Assembly (NCBI GenBank): GCA_013239625.1
Contig: MU054001.1
Location: 7,634,746 to 7,698,745, forward strand
Source: Lama guanicoe
Taxonomy: Eukaryota
DNA: 64,000 nucleotides
Direction: 5' to 3'
Translations under genes and position numbers: made by a program
The notes under the pieces: model-generated
Told to the model about the DNA's origin: nothing
What the model saw: the letters and a program-made list of their open reading frames with translations, nothing else
Database searches by the model: none
Shown here: positions 26,511 to 38,692 of the stretch, in pieces
Position numbering within the stretch: the first letter of the stretch is position 1
Layout of the letters: each line of letters opens with the position of its first letter

Positions 26511-27466
26511 GTTGCACCTTCTTACAGTCTTAACTTTCCTGTTTGTAAAAGAAGGCTTAAATAACGTTATTTTATTTTAATTTCTTTGCTTAATGCTTCA
26601 GAATAGCACAATGTCCATTATGTCCGTCTACCTGGAAAAATTATTCTGCTTATATTTTAGTTTTATTCTGTCATCTCGCTGTGAACATTTCAGACTTGCT
26701 GTGCAAACAATGTCAAAATCAGACTTTTCTTCCAGTGTTAGAAACCAGTGAGCCGGGATTTTATAAAACAGCTAGAAGCGGCCTCTGGAGCACCTTAAAG
26801 CTGAAAAGTGTACTGAGTTCCCTGAGTATTGACCCCTCCGCTGTGTGTCAATTGGTGGTAGGAGATTTGGTACATATACGAAGGGGTGTAGTTTTTTGAC
26901 TTGGGTTTGCATGCACGTGCTGCAACTGAGCCACGTGAGCCTGAGTCAGTTCGTTCGGAGTTTTTCCCTCATCTGTGAGATCAGGACACTCATATCTGCT
27001 TTGTAGAATTGTGAGAATTAGAAATTATGTAAAGTGTTTAGCACAGTGGGAATGTCAAAGGGCTCATAAGTTTAGCTCCTGTTTTGTATGAAGCAATCAT
27101 TTTACAGTCTTTGGCAATTACTAAGAAACAGGGAAATAAGAAAAGCTGGTTTTATGATGAAAGATATTTGAGGAGGTTCCATAGTTCCTATACCCATAAT
27201 GTAGCATCAGCAGACTCAGGACAGTTACACAGTCACCCTGAACCAATGTTAACCACAGAATTTTTTGTTACTTCATATATGTTGGGGCTTAAGGGTTCCC
27301 AATACTTATGCACATGTTTTCTCCAGCAGCCAACTGAGAGATGACACAGAAGAACAGGCAGTCGATATATGTCTCCTTTGTTACTGATGAAGCGACATTC
27401 TCCATGAAATTCAGGGCTGTGGGAAAATGCGTGTCATGATACTATGGCCCAAAATTAGAGACTCAC

Positions 27467-27586
27467 GCAGTCCCAGTTAGCTCTGGGCCACAGCGAGCCT
27501 TCCTTTGAGAGGATCTGCCCCATAATGCATAGGGCTGTCCTGCCATGAAGCTGAGCATCCCGGGTGCTTCCCAAGGGTGGCCAACA
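27467..27586 (-). pseudogene. Candidate exon of the antisense gene remnant
   Basis: 120 nt, ctttcctttccctccag|TGT...TGC|gtgagt. Open in phase 0: CWPPLGSTRDAQLHGRTALCIMGQILSKEGSLWPRANWDC. Confidence 0.5.
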
Positions 27587-28977
27587 CTGGAGGGAAAGGA
27601 AAGGTTTCATATGCCCTGCTTGTCTCCCCAGACTCACACCTCAATCTGTTAGTGTGAGGAGGGCTAGCCTTGGGCCGGGTCAGGGGTGTGAAGGGACAAG
27701 CACTCTCCATGGACCAGAGGAGTGGGAAGGAGACATCCCCTCCCTCAGTTTAAACAGGTGGTGGTATGGAACAGAAGGGTGCTCCCCAAAGTTTATAAAA
27801 GGGGAAATAAGGATTTCCTTTGGGACTCAGACTATCCATGAAACACAGAAGATGATTAGAAGGGAGACTTGTAAATCACTTTCATATTAAATTCACATTT
27901 GTTGAGCACCAAAATTGTGCTATATTCTTTTCTGAGTGTTTTACAGAAATGAATCCTTCAATCTTCACAACAATTGAGAAAAGAAGGTTCGATTGTTATC
28001 CCAGGGTTACAATGTGTGAATTGAGGCATGGAGAGGGTAGGTAAGTTGGCCAAGGTCACAGAACTAGTAAGTGGCAGAGCTGGTATTTAAACCCTGGCTG
28101 TCTGGTTTCCAGGCTCCCAGGGATTGGCTTTGGGTGTTTAGAGGTATCTGCATCCCTGGACCTCTGTACCTCTGTGCATCAGTTAGCCCAGATAGGACAG
28201 GGAAAGGAGAGTTATACAGGTGCTCACAGTCGTGTCTCAGCCACTGTCCATGGAGAGTGCACCATGATTGGCGTTAAATGTCTTCTGGGCAACAGATCTG
28301 TTTGTATAACAGAAATTAGTCCATTGAGTTAATCTAGAAACCCTTCCTCCTCTGCTTCTGTCCACGCTTGCCATGTGACTGCCTGCCCGAGATTGGGCCG
28401 TTGAGGAGAATCTGTACTCATGATTGAACTCTGACATTTCAGTCTGGTTTGTAATTTCACATCTCCTGTTACATTAATAAATTAAATTTCTGGTTTTCTT
28501 GCATCAGTCTCTCATGAGTTTGGTTAATGTGAAACCACTCCATGGGAGCACAGGGGTGCTGACGGTATAATTTCTGAACATGTTGTGTCACTTCTACCCG
28601 TACAGACCTGGCTGGAGGATGTCCGCCTTCCTCACTGATTTCCCGCAAGAGCAGGGTCCTCTCCCACCCTCGGATGTGAGGCTGGGAGCTCTCTGAGTAG
28701 GCCAGTCAGAGGCCACGTCCACCAAACAGAAAATGATGAAGTACTTTGGAAGTGGGTTTAATAGAAGAAAAGGGCTTCCAGGTAGTCCGATGGGCTGTTC
28801 GAGTCCGTTTGGTGAAAAGCTTTCCAGTGTTTCTGGTTGAGCTGCTTCTTTGCTGTTGAAAAGTCTGGATTAGATGAAAGGATTTTAAAAAGCAGAAAGG
28901 AGTGATTTCAGGTGGTACATCCGCACCGGTGAGAAGTGCTGGATGACCTCCTGTGTGAGGCATAGACAGAGTCTTAC

Positions 28978-29079
28978 AAATTTCATAAAAGAGCTTTAAA
29001 AGCTCTGCCATCTGAGTTCACTTGATAAGGGGTCCAGTTCATGACTGGGCGTGGTGAGAGGGCAAATAATTGATAATGG
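28978..29079 (-). pseudogene. Candidate exon of the antisense gene remnant
   Basis: 102 nt, gtgtcctttcag|CC...TTT|gtaaga. Phase 1-1 reading AIINYLPSHHAQS*TGPLIK*TQMAELLKLFYEI (both stops TGA). A 113-nt intron then leads to an acceptor at 28864 that continues in frame as YFSTAKKQLNQKHWKAFHQTDSNSPSDYLEALFFY. Confidence 0.45.
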
Positions 29080-29539
29080 CTGAAAGGACACGGAGGCATC
29101 AAAAAGGTCTCAGTCATGTTCCATGTTTAAAGGATGCGGCACAGTGTAATATACTTGAGCTGGTTCTTCACTGAGCATTTTTGAGTGTTTTCTGGGACTC
29201 TCCAGTTCCCCAAGGCCCCGTGCAGCTGGGTGTCCCCTCAGTGCATCTCTGTCAGCGCTCATCCTGGGCTGATGTGTTGTGTGGGAGAGCAGGATGATCA
29301 GCGAACCCGGCTCCTCCGAGCTCCGTCTCCTCATCCACAGTGCTGGGTTTCTCATCCGTGTCTACTTAGTAGGTTTGCTGAGAATCACATGTGATGGTTG
29401 TCAGGTGTGATTTGTGGTTGTCTCTGTGATTGGCCTATAGTCAATATTTGATAAAAACTCTTTTTTTTTATTAAAATTGTGGCACCTTGATTGCAGTGGT
29501 TTTTAGTCTGCATTTATTTTTTTTATAACATTTTCTTAT

Positions 29540-29650
29540 TTTTGAATAAGCACTTATTTTTATTTATTTTTACAAAGGTACTTGGGATTCAAGCAAGGAC
29601 CTTGTGCATGCTAAGTAGGTGTTCTACAACTGAGTAATACACACCCTCCT
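29540..29650 (-). mobile_element. tRNA-derived SINE (Vic-1-like)
   Basis: ggtacttgggattcaagcaaggaccttgtgcatgctaagtaggtgttctacaactgag, preceded by a T-rich tail. Confidence 0.6.
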
Positions 29651-30511
29651 TGTCTGCACTTAAAAATAAATATTGCAATACACAAAATAGATCTTAAACA
29701 CCATCATGGGGCCTATTTTCTGTATAGACAATTGAATACATATGCTATTTCAATAAGAATAAATGTTGTTGGGACATACGTTTCTGAATCTGTTTACGTG
29801 TTTTATAACGATCATAGGTAGTGATAAACACGAGGCTTGGATCCACTACTTCTTAGGGTCTGTTTTGCTATCATGGGAAATTATATTCTACAAAGAAGGC
29901 TAAATGGGTCTCATTGACATTTGGATGATTTAGCAGATGATGAAGGCTTTTAAGTGCTGACAGTTTTGTATTTTAAAATAACTACAATGTTATATTCTAG
30001 AAGTTGGAAGTCCTTAGCTTGTGAAGTGCCCAGGAATTCAGTATGTACATGCCTGTGTCTCTGTGAACGTGTGTGTGTGTGATTTCAGGAAGGTACAAAT
30101 AAGTTCCATATAACGTTCTGATACCTTTCTATTCCAGTTCAAGGTGTAGGCATATATTTACACAAAAAAAATTGATACTCTTTTGTCATTTGGCATATTG
30201 GTGGGAATAAAATGTTCTCATACTTGTTTCAGAACGGTTGGGGAGCATGAGCTTAGAAAATAGGAGGAGATAGAGGCAGGCAGGTTATTTACACTTTGTG
30301 CAGGATGAGAAATAGTAGCTTTTCTTTTTCCTTCTAAAGCAAATTGGCACTGAACTGTCACATACTATTACACAGAATTGCTTTTCTGATCAGATACAAG
30401 TGCCTCAGATTTTTCAAGGCAACATGAATGATGAAATGTTTTTTAGCAGTTATCTTTAAAAGTAGTTTTATTTTTCAAGTAAGAGGCTATATAGCCTGTT
30501 CTTTCTTCCAG

Positions 30512-30538
30512 CGGTACATGAAGTTCTCATTGATCCAG
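30512..30538 (+). pseudogene. TRAPPC9: TRAPPC9-like 27-nt microexon
   Basis: ttctttcttccag|CGGTACATGAAGTTCTCATTGATCCAG|gtacat. Phase 1-1, reads (A)VHEVLIDP(G), matching the TRAPPC9 segment GAQEVLIDPG. Confidence 0.88.
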
Positions 30539-31176
30539 GTACATGATAATTGTGCTTAGTTTGTTTGCTTTTTTTTTTTTAAGTGCTTGTTTCATTGTGG
30601 TGTGAATGAATGTTTAAAATTTCTGGATTTTGATCTTTAGATCATGCTGATTTTTCAGAACTGTTAAAAACCTGATTGTTGTTTGGTCCTCGTTTGGTGG
30701 GGCAACCTATTGATTTATGTTGTCTGTTAAAGAGGAAAATTCTTCCTCTAGCCTGCAGATCATTAAGTGGATGGTTTGCAGTGTGCCTTTAAAATTCTTT
30801 GAATGCATTGAACATGTTTGTCCAGTGAATTTTGAATTGAGTCATAGTAATGACTTTGCTTTGATCCTCTCCACAAGAATTTTAATTCTCTGTTGCATTT
30901 TGTATACGTGTTCTTAACAGGGGAAGAGGTTTTGCATTTTTTACAGAGGTGGGTTTTCCTATCCCCTCTGAATGCCTTCTGTAATTGATACAGCGAAAAT
31001 CTGTTTTTGCAGTGCTTAATTATTTCATAAATTATTTTTTTGGCTTAATCAGAAACAATGACAAAGAATGATAATAAAAAATATGAAAACCTTCCTTCCT
31101 TTGAAGAATATAAATGAGGTGGTCAGGCTCACGCATGCTTTGTACTTGACACCCTTACTTTCATGTCATTATGTAC

Positions 31177-31323
31177 CGTGAATCGGAGATGGAGTTGCTT
31201 CAGGTTTGTAGAGTTTTCTTTTAATATTTGTGTTGAATTCATTCTCTAGGCTGATGTTTCCTGTTGTGTTTGTGGAAACTGTAGATGGAGGGAAACAAAT
31301 GCTTTGTTTTGTTTTCAGGAGGC
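31177..31323 (-). pseudogene. Candidate exon of the antisense gene remnant
   Basis: 147 nt, aacacag|GC...CACG|gtacat, phase 1-1, open reading LLKTKQSICFPPSTVSTNTTGNISLENEFNTNIKRKLYKPEATPSPIH. Confidence 0.4.
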
Positions 31324-33179
31324 CTGTGTTGCTGATGAGAAAAGAGTAGAGGGTGGGCTGAGGAAAAGAGTTACACTCCCTCACCTCCAGGCTGAAATTG
31401 ATGAACAAAAATCAATTAGGTGTATCGGTATTTGAACAATAGAAGTCAGACAGCCCAGACTGTCTAGCTTTGTGCAATGGAAATTCCTGAATTTACCTGC
31501 AGATTTAGGTGCTTTACCAAGTAGAAGCAGCTTAGAGCAATCAGAAAAATCAGTCCTATGATGAGATATAAAAAGAATATAATATCTATTATTTCTGAAA
31601 CTTTTCTACATTAAGTTGTGTAGAGCTAAAATTAAGTTTCAAGCACCAGGAGTTAAGAGTCTGGGTGGTTCTGTGGGATCGTTATTCAGGGATGTGTCTA
31701 GACCATGCTGGAGTGGCTGAACTGGCAGGAAAAGACCCAGAGCCAGGATTTCTCATCCTAGGGTGTCCTCCGTGATGGTTCCATGTGGTAGCCCATGATT
31801 GGGTTAACGAATTGTAACAGACCCCAGACACATGTCAACTTTAAGAAGAAAAAATATGCTTAGTAACTGCTTTCAAGCAAGCACCTGTGCATCCACACTC
31901 CTGTCTCCTTGCCATAAAAAGCAGAGAGAATGCTTTGCTTGCATATTCGAGGTATTAGTTAGCACTCTGCTCATTGCACAGCAATGACCCAGGCCCTCAG
32001 CTATAAACGCTGGGCGTGTGTGCTGTTAGATAGTCTGTTATCCCCAAAACAGGGACCTGGCTGGTCTGGTGGTCTGCTTTGTAATGAACATATCTAAAGA
32101 AAGTATCTTGTTCTCCTTACCCCATGAATGTCCTAAAGGTACGCTAAGACTTTGTACTCATGGTGGATTCTACAATCTCTGTCTCAACCTGTCTTTCCCC
32201 AAGTTCCTGCTTACTAGCACACAACTGTTAATGACTTTTTCCTTTGATTATACACAATAAATATGGGACCATTTGAGAGGCTCGTGGAGTTGGCTCCCTA
32301 CTCCCTCTCGCTTTCTTTCCTTTTTCCACAGTCTTGAGTAATTCATTCCGTGTCGGTAAGACTTATGTCAGCCAGAACCCAGAGTTCCAGGTGAGAAGGA
32401 TGCAGGTTTATCTCTCTTACCCGAGGGAGTGAGAGAAGAGAATTGAGATCTGCTCCCCCGTGGTCCCTTGCTGCCCCAGGGCCACACCAGTTGACCTGCA
32501 GCCTTCTGGCCTCTGCTCTCAGGGCGTCTGTCCCAGGACTGAACGCAGCCTTTTCTTCCGTTGTCAGTATTTCCTGTGCCTTTCAGAAGTTGGTCTCTTC
32601 TCTGCAATTCAAACCTGGCAGATGTAATGGTGGTTAGCGTGCTGGTGGGCCATCATTTGGGGACTCCCAGGAGCCATGCTGATTCTCCTGATTCTCTCAT
32701 TCGTGGTTAGAAAACTGTCGAGCACCAGAGGGAGCCCATTCACGTGACGTCAACACAGCATTACATCACTTTCATTTTATTTTTGAATTTTCAGTGGAGA
32801 AATTATTTGTAGCAAACTGTTCCAGATTTTCTGCCGCCTGCTTTCTTCACCACTATTTCCTTGTTGGCTCTGGTGCTTGTTTTAAGAAACAGGTTTCTTC
32901 TCTGGTCATTTCTAGCAGCTGGGCTTGCCGAATCTTTGATCTGTATTTGAAGCAGAATGTTTCTTCGTGATGTCAAACTAATTTTCCTTGTCATGGCTTA
33001 ATATTTCGTGTACACTCAGCAACTGTTTCAAGTGAAATGCTCTTGTCCAATTTTGGTTAACTCACATATGCTGAACTCCTGCTTTCATGCTGAGGCCAGT
33101 TTCTTCTTCCTGTAATAAAATTTAGCAATTTGCATTTACTATGGGAAGGTACTGGCTCGAGGTGCTTTTGTTCTTAACA

Positions 33180-34215
33180 GTTTAATAACAATTCACCCAT
33201 TAAAAAGTACAGCGGTTTTTATTCTATGCCCAGAATTGTGCATTCCATTCAATCTTAGAACATTTTCATCCCCCCAACAGGAAGCCCCATAAGCATAAGC
33301 AGACATTCCCATCTTCCCCATCCTACTAGAGCCCCAGAGAGCCACACTTCTCTCTCTGTGGATTTGTCTGTGCTGGACATTACATGTAAATCGAGTCACT
33401 TCATGTAAGTGGAGCCATCTATTGTGAATGACTTCTTTCACATTGAGTAACGTTTTCAATATTTGTCCACGTTGTGGCCTGGGTCAGTACTCTATGCTTT
33501 TCTATTGCTGAATAGTATTCCACCGTATGGCTGGGCCCCTCTGTTTACACATTCATCACGTGATAGACATTTGAGTTGTTTCTGCTTTTTGGCTGTGTTG
33601 AGTAATGGCACCGTGAATACTCCTGTAGGAGTTTTTATGTGAACATTTGTTTTCAGTTCTCTTACTTGTGTGCCCAGGAAGCAAAATTGCCTGGTCATTC
33701 AGAAACCAAATGTTCAACTCTCTGAGGACCTGCCAGGTATTGTTCCAAAGTGGCCATTCTGTGTTACACCCTCACCAGCAAGCTCTGCAAGCTCCGCTTC
33801 TTCTGTGTCCTCATTAGTGCTTGTTACGCTTTTTTTGATTATAACCTATTGTAGTGAGTGTGAAGCAGTTTCTCCTAGTGGTTTTGACTTGATTTCCCTT
33901 ACAGCTAATGATATTGAACATCATTTCTTTGTACTTATTGGCCATTTGTATGTTTTCATTGAAAAATATCTTTTCAGATCATTTATTCATTTATTAATTG
34001 AGATGCCTTTTTGTTGTTGAGTTGTAGGAAGTTTTCTTTTCTTTTTTTTTTTTTTTGGAGATACAAACTCCTTATCAGATAAATGATTTGAAAAAATTTT
34101 CTCCTGTGTGTTGTTTTTTCACTTTCTGGATGGTGTCCTTTGAAGCAAAGTTTTAAATTTTGTGAACTCCAATTTATCTCTGTTTTCTTTTTTCCCTGTG
34201 CTTTTGGAGTAATAT
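33180..34215 (-). mobile_element. Old L1 3' UTR/ORF2 fragment
   Basis: Antisense L1MB-type motifs such as ttagaacattttcatc, tattgctgaatagtattcca and gtacttattggccatttgta. Confidence 0.8.
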
Positions 34216-37200
34216 TTAATATCTGAGGTATTTTACTTAAACTTTTATATATAAAATAACTAAATTATTAAGACCGTTCTCTGGAGACGGGTGCTGTTGT
34301 TGTCCGCAGTCTATGGATAGGAGACTGAAATGCAGAAAATTTCACTGAAATTTCAGTGTCAAAGCTACCCGGTGCTGTGGGAATTCAGACCCTCATGTTT
34401 GTCCCCAGCATCTGTGCTCTTCACCAGCATGCTCCACTATTGCCTGGAACCGTTAATGAAAAAGTCTTTACTTTTTTGATTTCTTATTAGTTTTTGTTTT
34501 TCTCATTGGGTCCTCATCTCCTCATTTTCTTTACAGAGATCAGTGTAAGTTTATTTTAGGTCTCATGTAGGCAGAAACATTGCTATCAGTTAACTTCTTT
34601 ATTACTCACTTCCCAGTGATGATTGTTGCTAGTTGACTTAATCAAGTCATGCTTCAGTCTTTCCTTCTCATGACACTAACAGAGTCATGACTTACAGAAT
34701 GCTCAAAGAAGAAATTACTTGATTGATTTTATTTTGCTACCCAATCAAACCAATCAAATAAAATCCCCAGAGTTAACACAGATTATAAGCCCTCCAGAAT
34801 AGGGTCACTGTCTTCCTTGTGTTTCATTTGTTTGGTCACAGTGTCTGGATAGTGCCTTGCTGTCCAGCAGTTTTGTTAGGATACGGTGCTCGTGAATCAT
34901 TGTAAGGACAGAATTTTGACAACAGACTGTGTTTTTCATTTCATGAGGGAAAAATAATATAGAAATACTGCTCAGATCTATTTTAAAATTAAGCTTGGAA
35001 TTTTGAGAAGAGTTCAAGAGAACATACAAAGATCTTTTTCACTAATTTTAGATCTATCGTAGACATATTATGGTTACATAGCAGAGTAACTTATCAAGTA
35101 GATTTGACAAGAGGAGTGTATTATTGATTATTTGTTTTAGTTGAAATATTCTACCAGGGATAAAGTCATAAGTGCCCATAAATGAACAAATATATTTGTA
35201 TTTAAATGCAACATGGGAGCAGACTTCATATGTTTCTATATAATATATACGACTGTGTGTTTTAATCTGTCTGTCAGTGTATTTATAGTTTTTCAGCAAT
35301 GTTGCAACTTCAGAATTCTTCTAAGAAAATCACCTATGATTCTAGTGCCGTTTGTACTGTGTATCCTGTCTTATGCATGGGATTCCACTCTCCCCTCAGT
35401 GAGGAATTTCCTCTCCTATTGAGTTAATATCAGAGTTAAAGGAACTGTGATTTCTAGGCCTTCGCTCTCCATGTGTTTTCAGTTGGCTGTGAATCACGAT
35501 TTTCCCTTTCTTGAGTTTTCATTGTTCAATTAGAATTTTTGTAAATAACTATTAATATGTTGCACCGGTCTCCCTAGAAACTTGATGTGTTTGTGCTTTT
35601 CAGTTTTCAATTAATGAAAAATGTAAATGCACTCTTGTTTTTAACTAGTCCGTTTCCACTAGATATTTATTTACATCTTTATAGTTAAAATATTTTTTTC
35701 CCAATGAATGAATCGGTGGGCATGTTTTAAAAGATTCCTTACTTTTTATTTTTCTTATTGTAACAGTTGCAGTCATTGTAGAGATTTAGAAAATAAGTAT
35801 AAACACAGTAATAACTTTACAATGGCCTCTAATCTCACCTGGAGATACAGTTGTAAGGTTTGAAATTGAGAATTACAAGTCCTGTCAGATTGTTCTTCTT
35901 TTTCATATACGTTTTGGTTACTGAGATCCTCGAATTCCCATATGAATTGTAGCAGCAGCTAGTAATTTTCTGCAGAGGAGCCTAAAGGGATTGTGACCGA
36001 GACCACGTTGAATATACGGATCATTCTGGGGAGCACTGCCATTGCAAAAGCACTGTCTTCTGATCCAGGAATGTGGATGGTTTGTCTGTCCAGGTATTTA
36101 GGTCTTCTTTAATTTTATTTTTTCAACAATGCTTTGAGTTTACAGAGTTTTATTTTACCTTTTTTTTTTTTGCCTTTATACTGAGGACAAGTATGCAAGG
36201 TACTGTGATCAGAAGTGTATTTGAGCCAAACCACTTGCTGCCACCATGGTCGCTGCGCACTTGCTTGGCCCACTGTACAATATTGTACAGAATAGGACTT
36301 CAGTAACTCTGTTGAATGATTATATGATTGTTGGATGATGCTTGGGAGTCCTTTTGATGATTTTTTTCCCCAGCCTTTCCCCACTTCTTTACTACGCCCT
36401 TTCTCTTCCTTCTCTCCAGCCTGGGTTTCAGTCTACCTTTGGCATTGATTTTTCTTATCTGTAGACACTTCCTTTCATTGGTTCACGATAATTTTACATG
36501 TGGGCTGTGGAAACTTGCTAGAGGTCAAGAAAGAGCAAATCCATTGCATGCTAGTATTTTTAGAGTGTGTTATAGTTTCATCGATTGAAATTAAATCGGG
36601 CTGACCCCCTGAGCCCTCCCGTGAGCTGCTTTCACCTTCCTACAGTTGATACTGCTGTGGTTTCTGAATGTGCCCTTTCCCCACCCTTGGTTTTGGAGTT
36701 GTGTAAGTCACCATCAGCGGAGCCCTCTCTTTAAAAGATGAAGAGAACATTTGCTCCTTCTCCCTGGTTGGGGACTTGGATGAGATGAGGTACCAGATAA
36801 AGAATGGAGCCCCAAATCTTTATGACCCCCACTCGTTCCATTCCTTTCTCCGGGGAAAGGAATACAATTCAACAGTATAAAGATTAATTGTGAGCTAATG
36901 AGATAGACAAAAAAACCGATCATTTATTAAATATCCTTTCATGCCAGAAACAAATGTATTATACACACAAAAAGCACACAAAGCACGGTAGTACCGTGAT
37001 TACAAACATGGGTCCGAGTTCAAGTCCTGCTCTGGAGTGACCAGTCTTGTGAGATGGAGAACTGGCTGGTTGGCTTAGCCTCTCCTGGACTTGTTTTCTG
37101 TCCTGCAGAGACGGGGCCCGCTAGGCGTCCCTCCCCCGTAGAGGTGCTGTGGGGTGTAAATGACGCACGTGGGCAGCCCGAGCACAGCTGCTCGTTCCTC

Positions 37201-38571
37201 GTAAGTGCAGGATAGCATAGCTTCTGCGGTGATGGCTTTATGGCCGCCCCATGTAGACTCTCAGTGCTCCGAAAGGATGCCTTGTGGTTTGGAGATGGGA
37301 TTCTCACTTCTGTAAATACCCAAGGATTGTGTTATTGGGCCCTGCGGATTTGAATCTATTCTTTAGAAATTACATATTGTAGATATATTTTTCAAGCATG
37401 CATGCTTTTTTTCTTTTATTATTTATAGTTCTACCCTCTCATCTCTTGGTGTGACTTTTCATGGAATCCAGGAAACTGTCCTAAGCCACCTGCCTCTTCA
37501 CACTTCTCCGTGGTGGTTTTCTTCCCTGACTAGAAGAGGGTTTTGCATAGGAAATTTTCTTTGTTCCCCTTTTCTTGGAGTCTCTCTGTCTGTCTGTCCA
37601 TTTCTCACCTGTCCATCTGTGTACTTATCTACGTACTCATTCTTCTGACTTGTTCCTGAAAGCATTTCAGGCAGCTTACAAAAGAACAGATACCAAATAA
37701 ACAGGTGAGAACATGGGGCCAAGTTTAGACAGTGAGGCTAGGAGGCGAGCCTGTGTGAGGGTTGCAGGCGTGAGAGACACACCTCTGCCCTGTGACTTAT
37801 AAGATCGACAGCAACAGTGTGCCTGAGGCTCCCAGCAGACACAGGGAAGCAGGGTTTGTGGGAGATGCCCACTGTCTGTGAAATAAATAAGTGACTGAGG
37901 AGAAGCCCAGCCTTTCCAGCTACTAAGGCTTAGGAGAATATTTTGAGTGTTTTCCAAAACCAGAGTATCTCATCTTTTCTTTGTCAGAGTTCTACATATA
38001 GTTGGTTACATTCTATACCTGGAAATTTCTCCAAAACTGCTTCCCACGTGAGTCCCATGGCTCAGGAATGGGGTGGTTCTGCTCATTGACGGGGGTTGGC
38101 CAGAAACAGAAAATGACAGACTGAAAGGGGCCTGGGATTTGTCAGTTATGTTTTGTCAGTGCTGTAGATTTCAGAGAAAGCTTTCAGTTTCTCTCCATCT
38201 GAGGCGGCAGCGTGCTCTCTTACCAGCATCAGGAGCTCAGGGCCACGGAATGGTGCGGGCTGACTATGTCGTCAAGTGAGCTAGTCACTGCAGGTGTGAT
38301 TCTTTTACGAACGGCATTTCATGTTCTTTACTAGAATGTTTCTACAGGGAGTTAATTAACTGAGTCAATTAACGTTTAATAAATATGATGCTTTTTTGAA
38401 AAGACAGTTATAGGCAGATTATAAGCTGTGAAGACTTTAAAAACGGTTTCATTACTGAAATTTCAGTTGGGAAGATACACAGTTTATGTTATTTATGCCT
38501 CTCTTTTTATGTAACAAGAAACAAGACATAAAAAGCAGAGGATGGTTTCTGTTCTTCCTCTCCACTTGCAG

Positions 38572-38692
38572 GTGCCCTCACCTCCAGTGGCATCCATCCA
38601 GACACCAGTACTTACACTGGCCGTGCTCAGAACTGCCTCAGCCCTGAAGACACTGCTGACAAATAGAAGGGGGCCATGCCCTGTTACAGCAG
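38572..38692 (+). pseudogene. TRAPPC9: TRAPPC9-like exon remnant
   Basis: Acceptor cttcctctccacttgcag|GT. Reads [39 protein letters not shown] versus [41 protein letters not shown]. TAG at 38664-38666; donor gtgctc at 38693. Confidence 0.92.

Larger units (their letters stand above)
17525..33109 (-). pseudogene. Unidentified decayed multi-exon gene, antisense to and interleaved with the TRAPPC9-like copy
   Basis: Series of minus-strand segments with pyrimidine-tract acceptors and GT donors. Several have lengths that are multiples of 3 and matching phases, and the in-frame stops are mainly TGA/TAG/TAA, each one C>T change from CGA/CAG/CAA. No protein family recognised. Confidence 0.5.
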
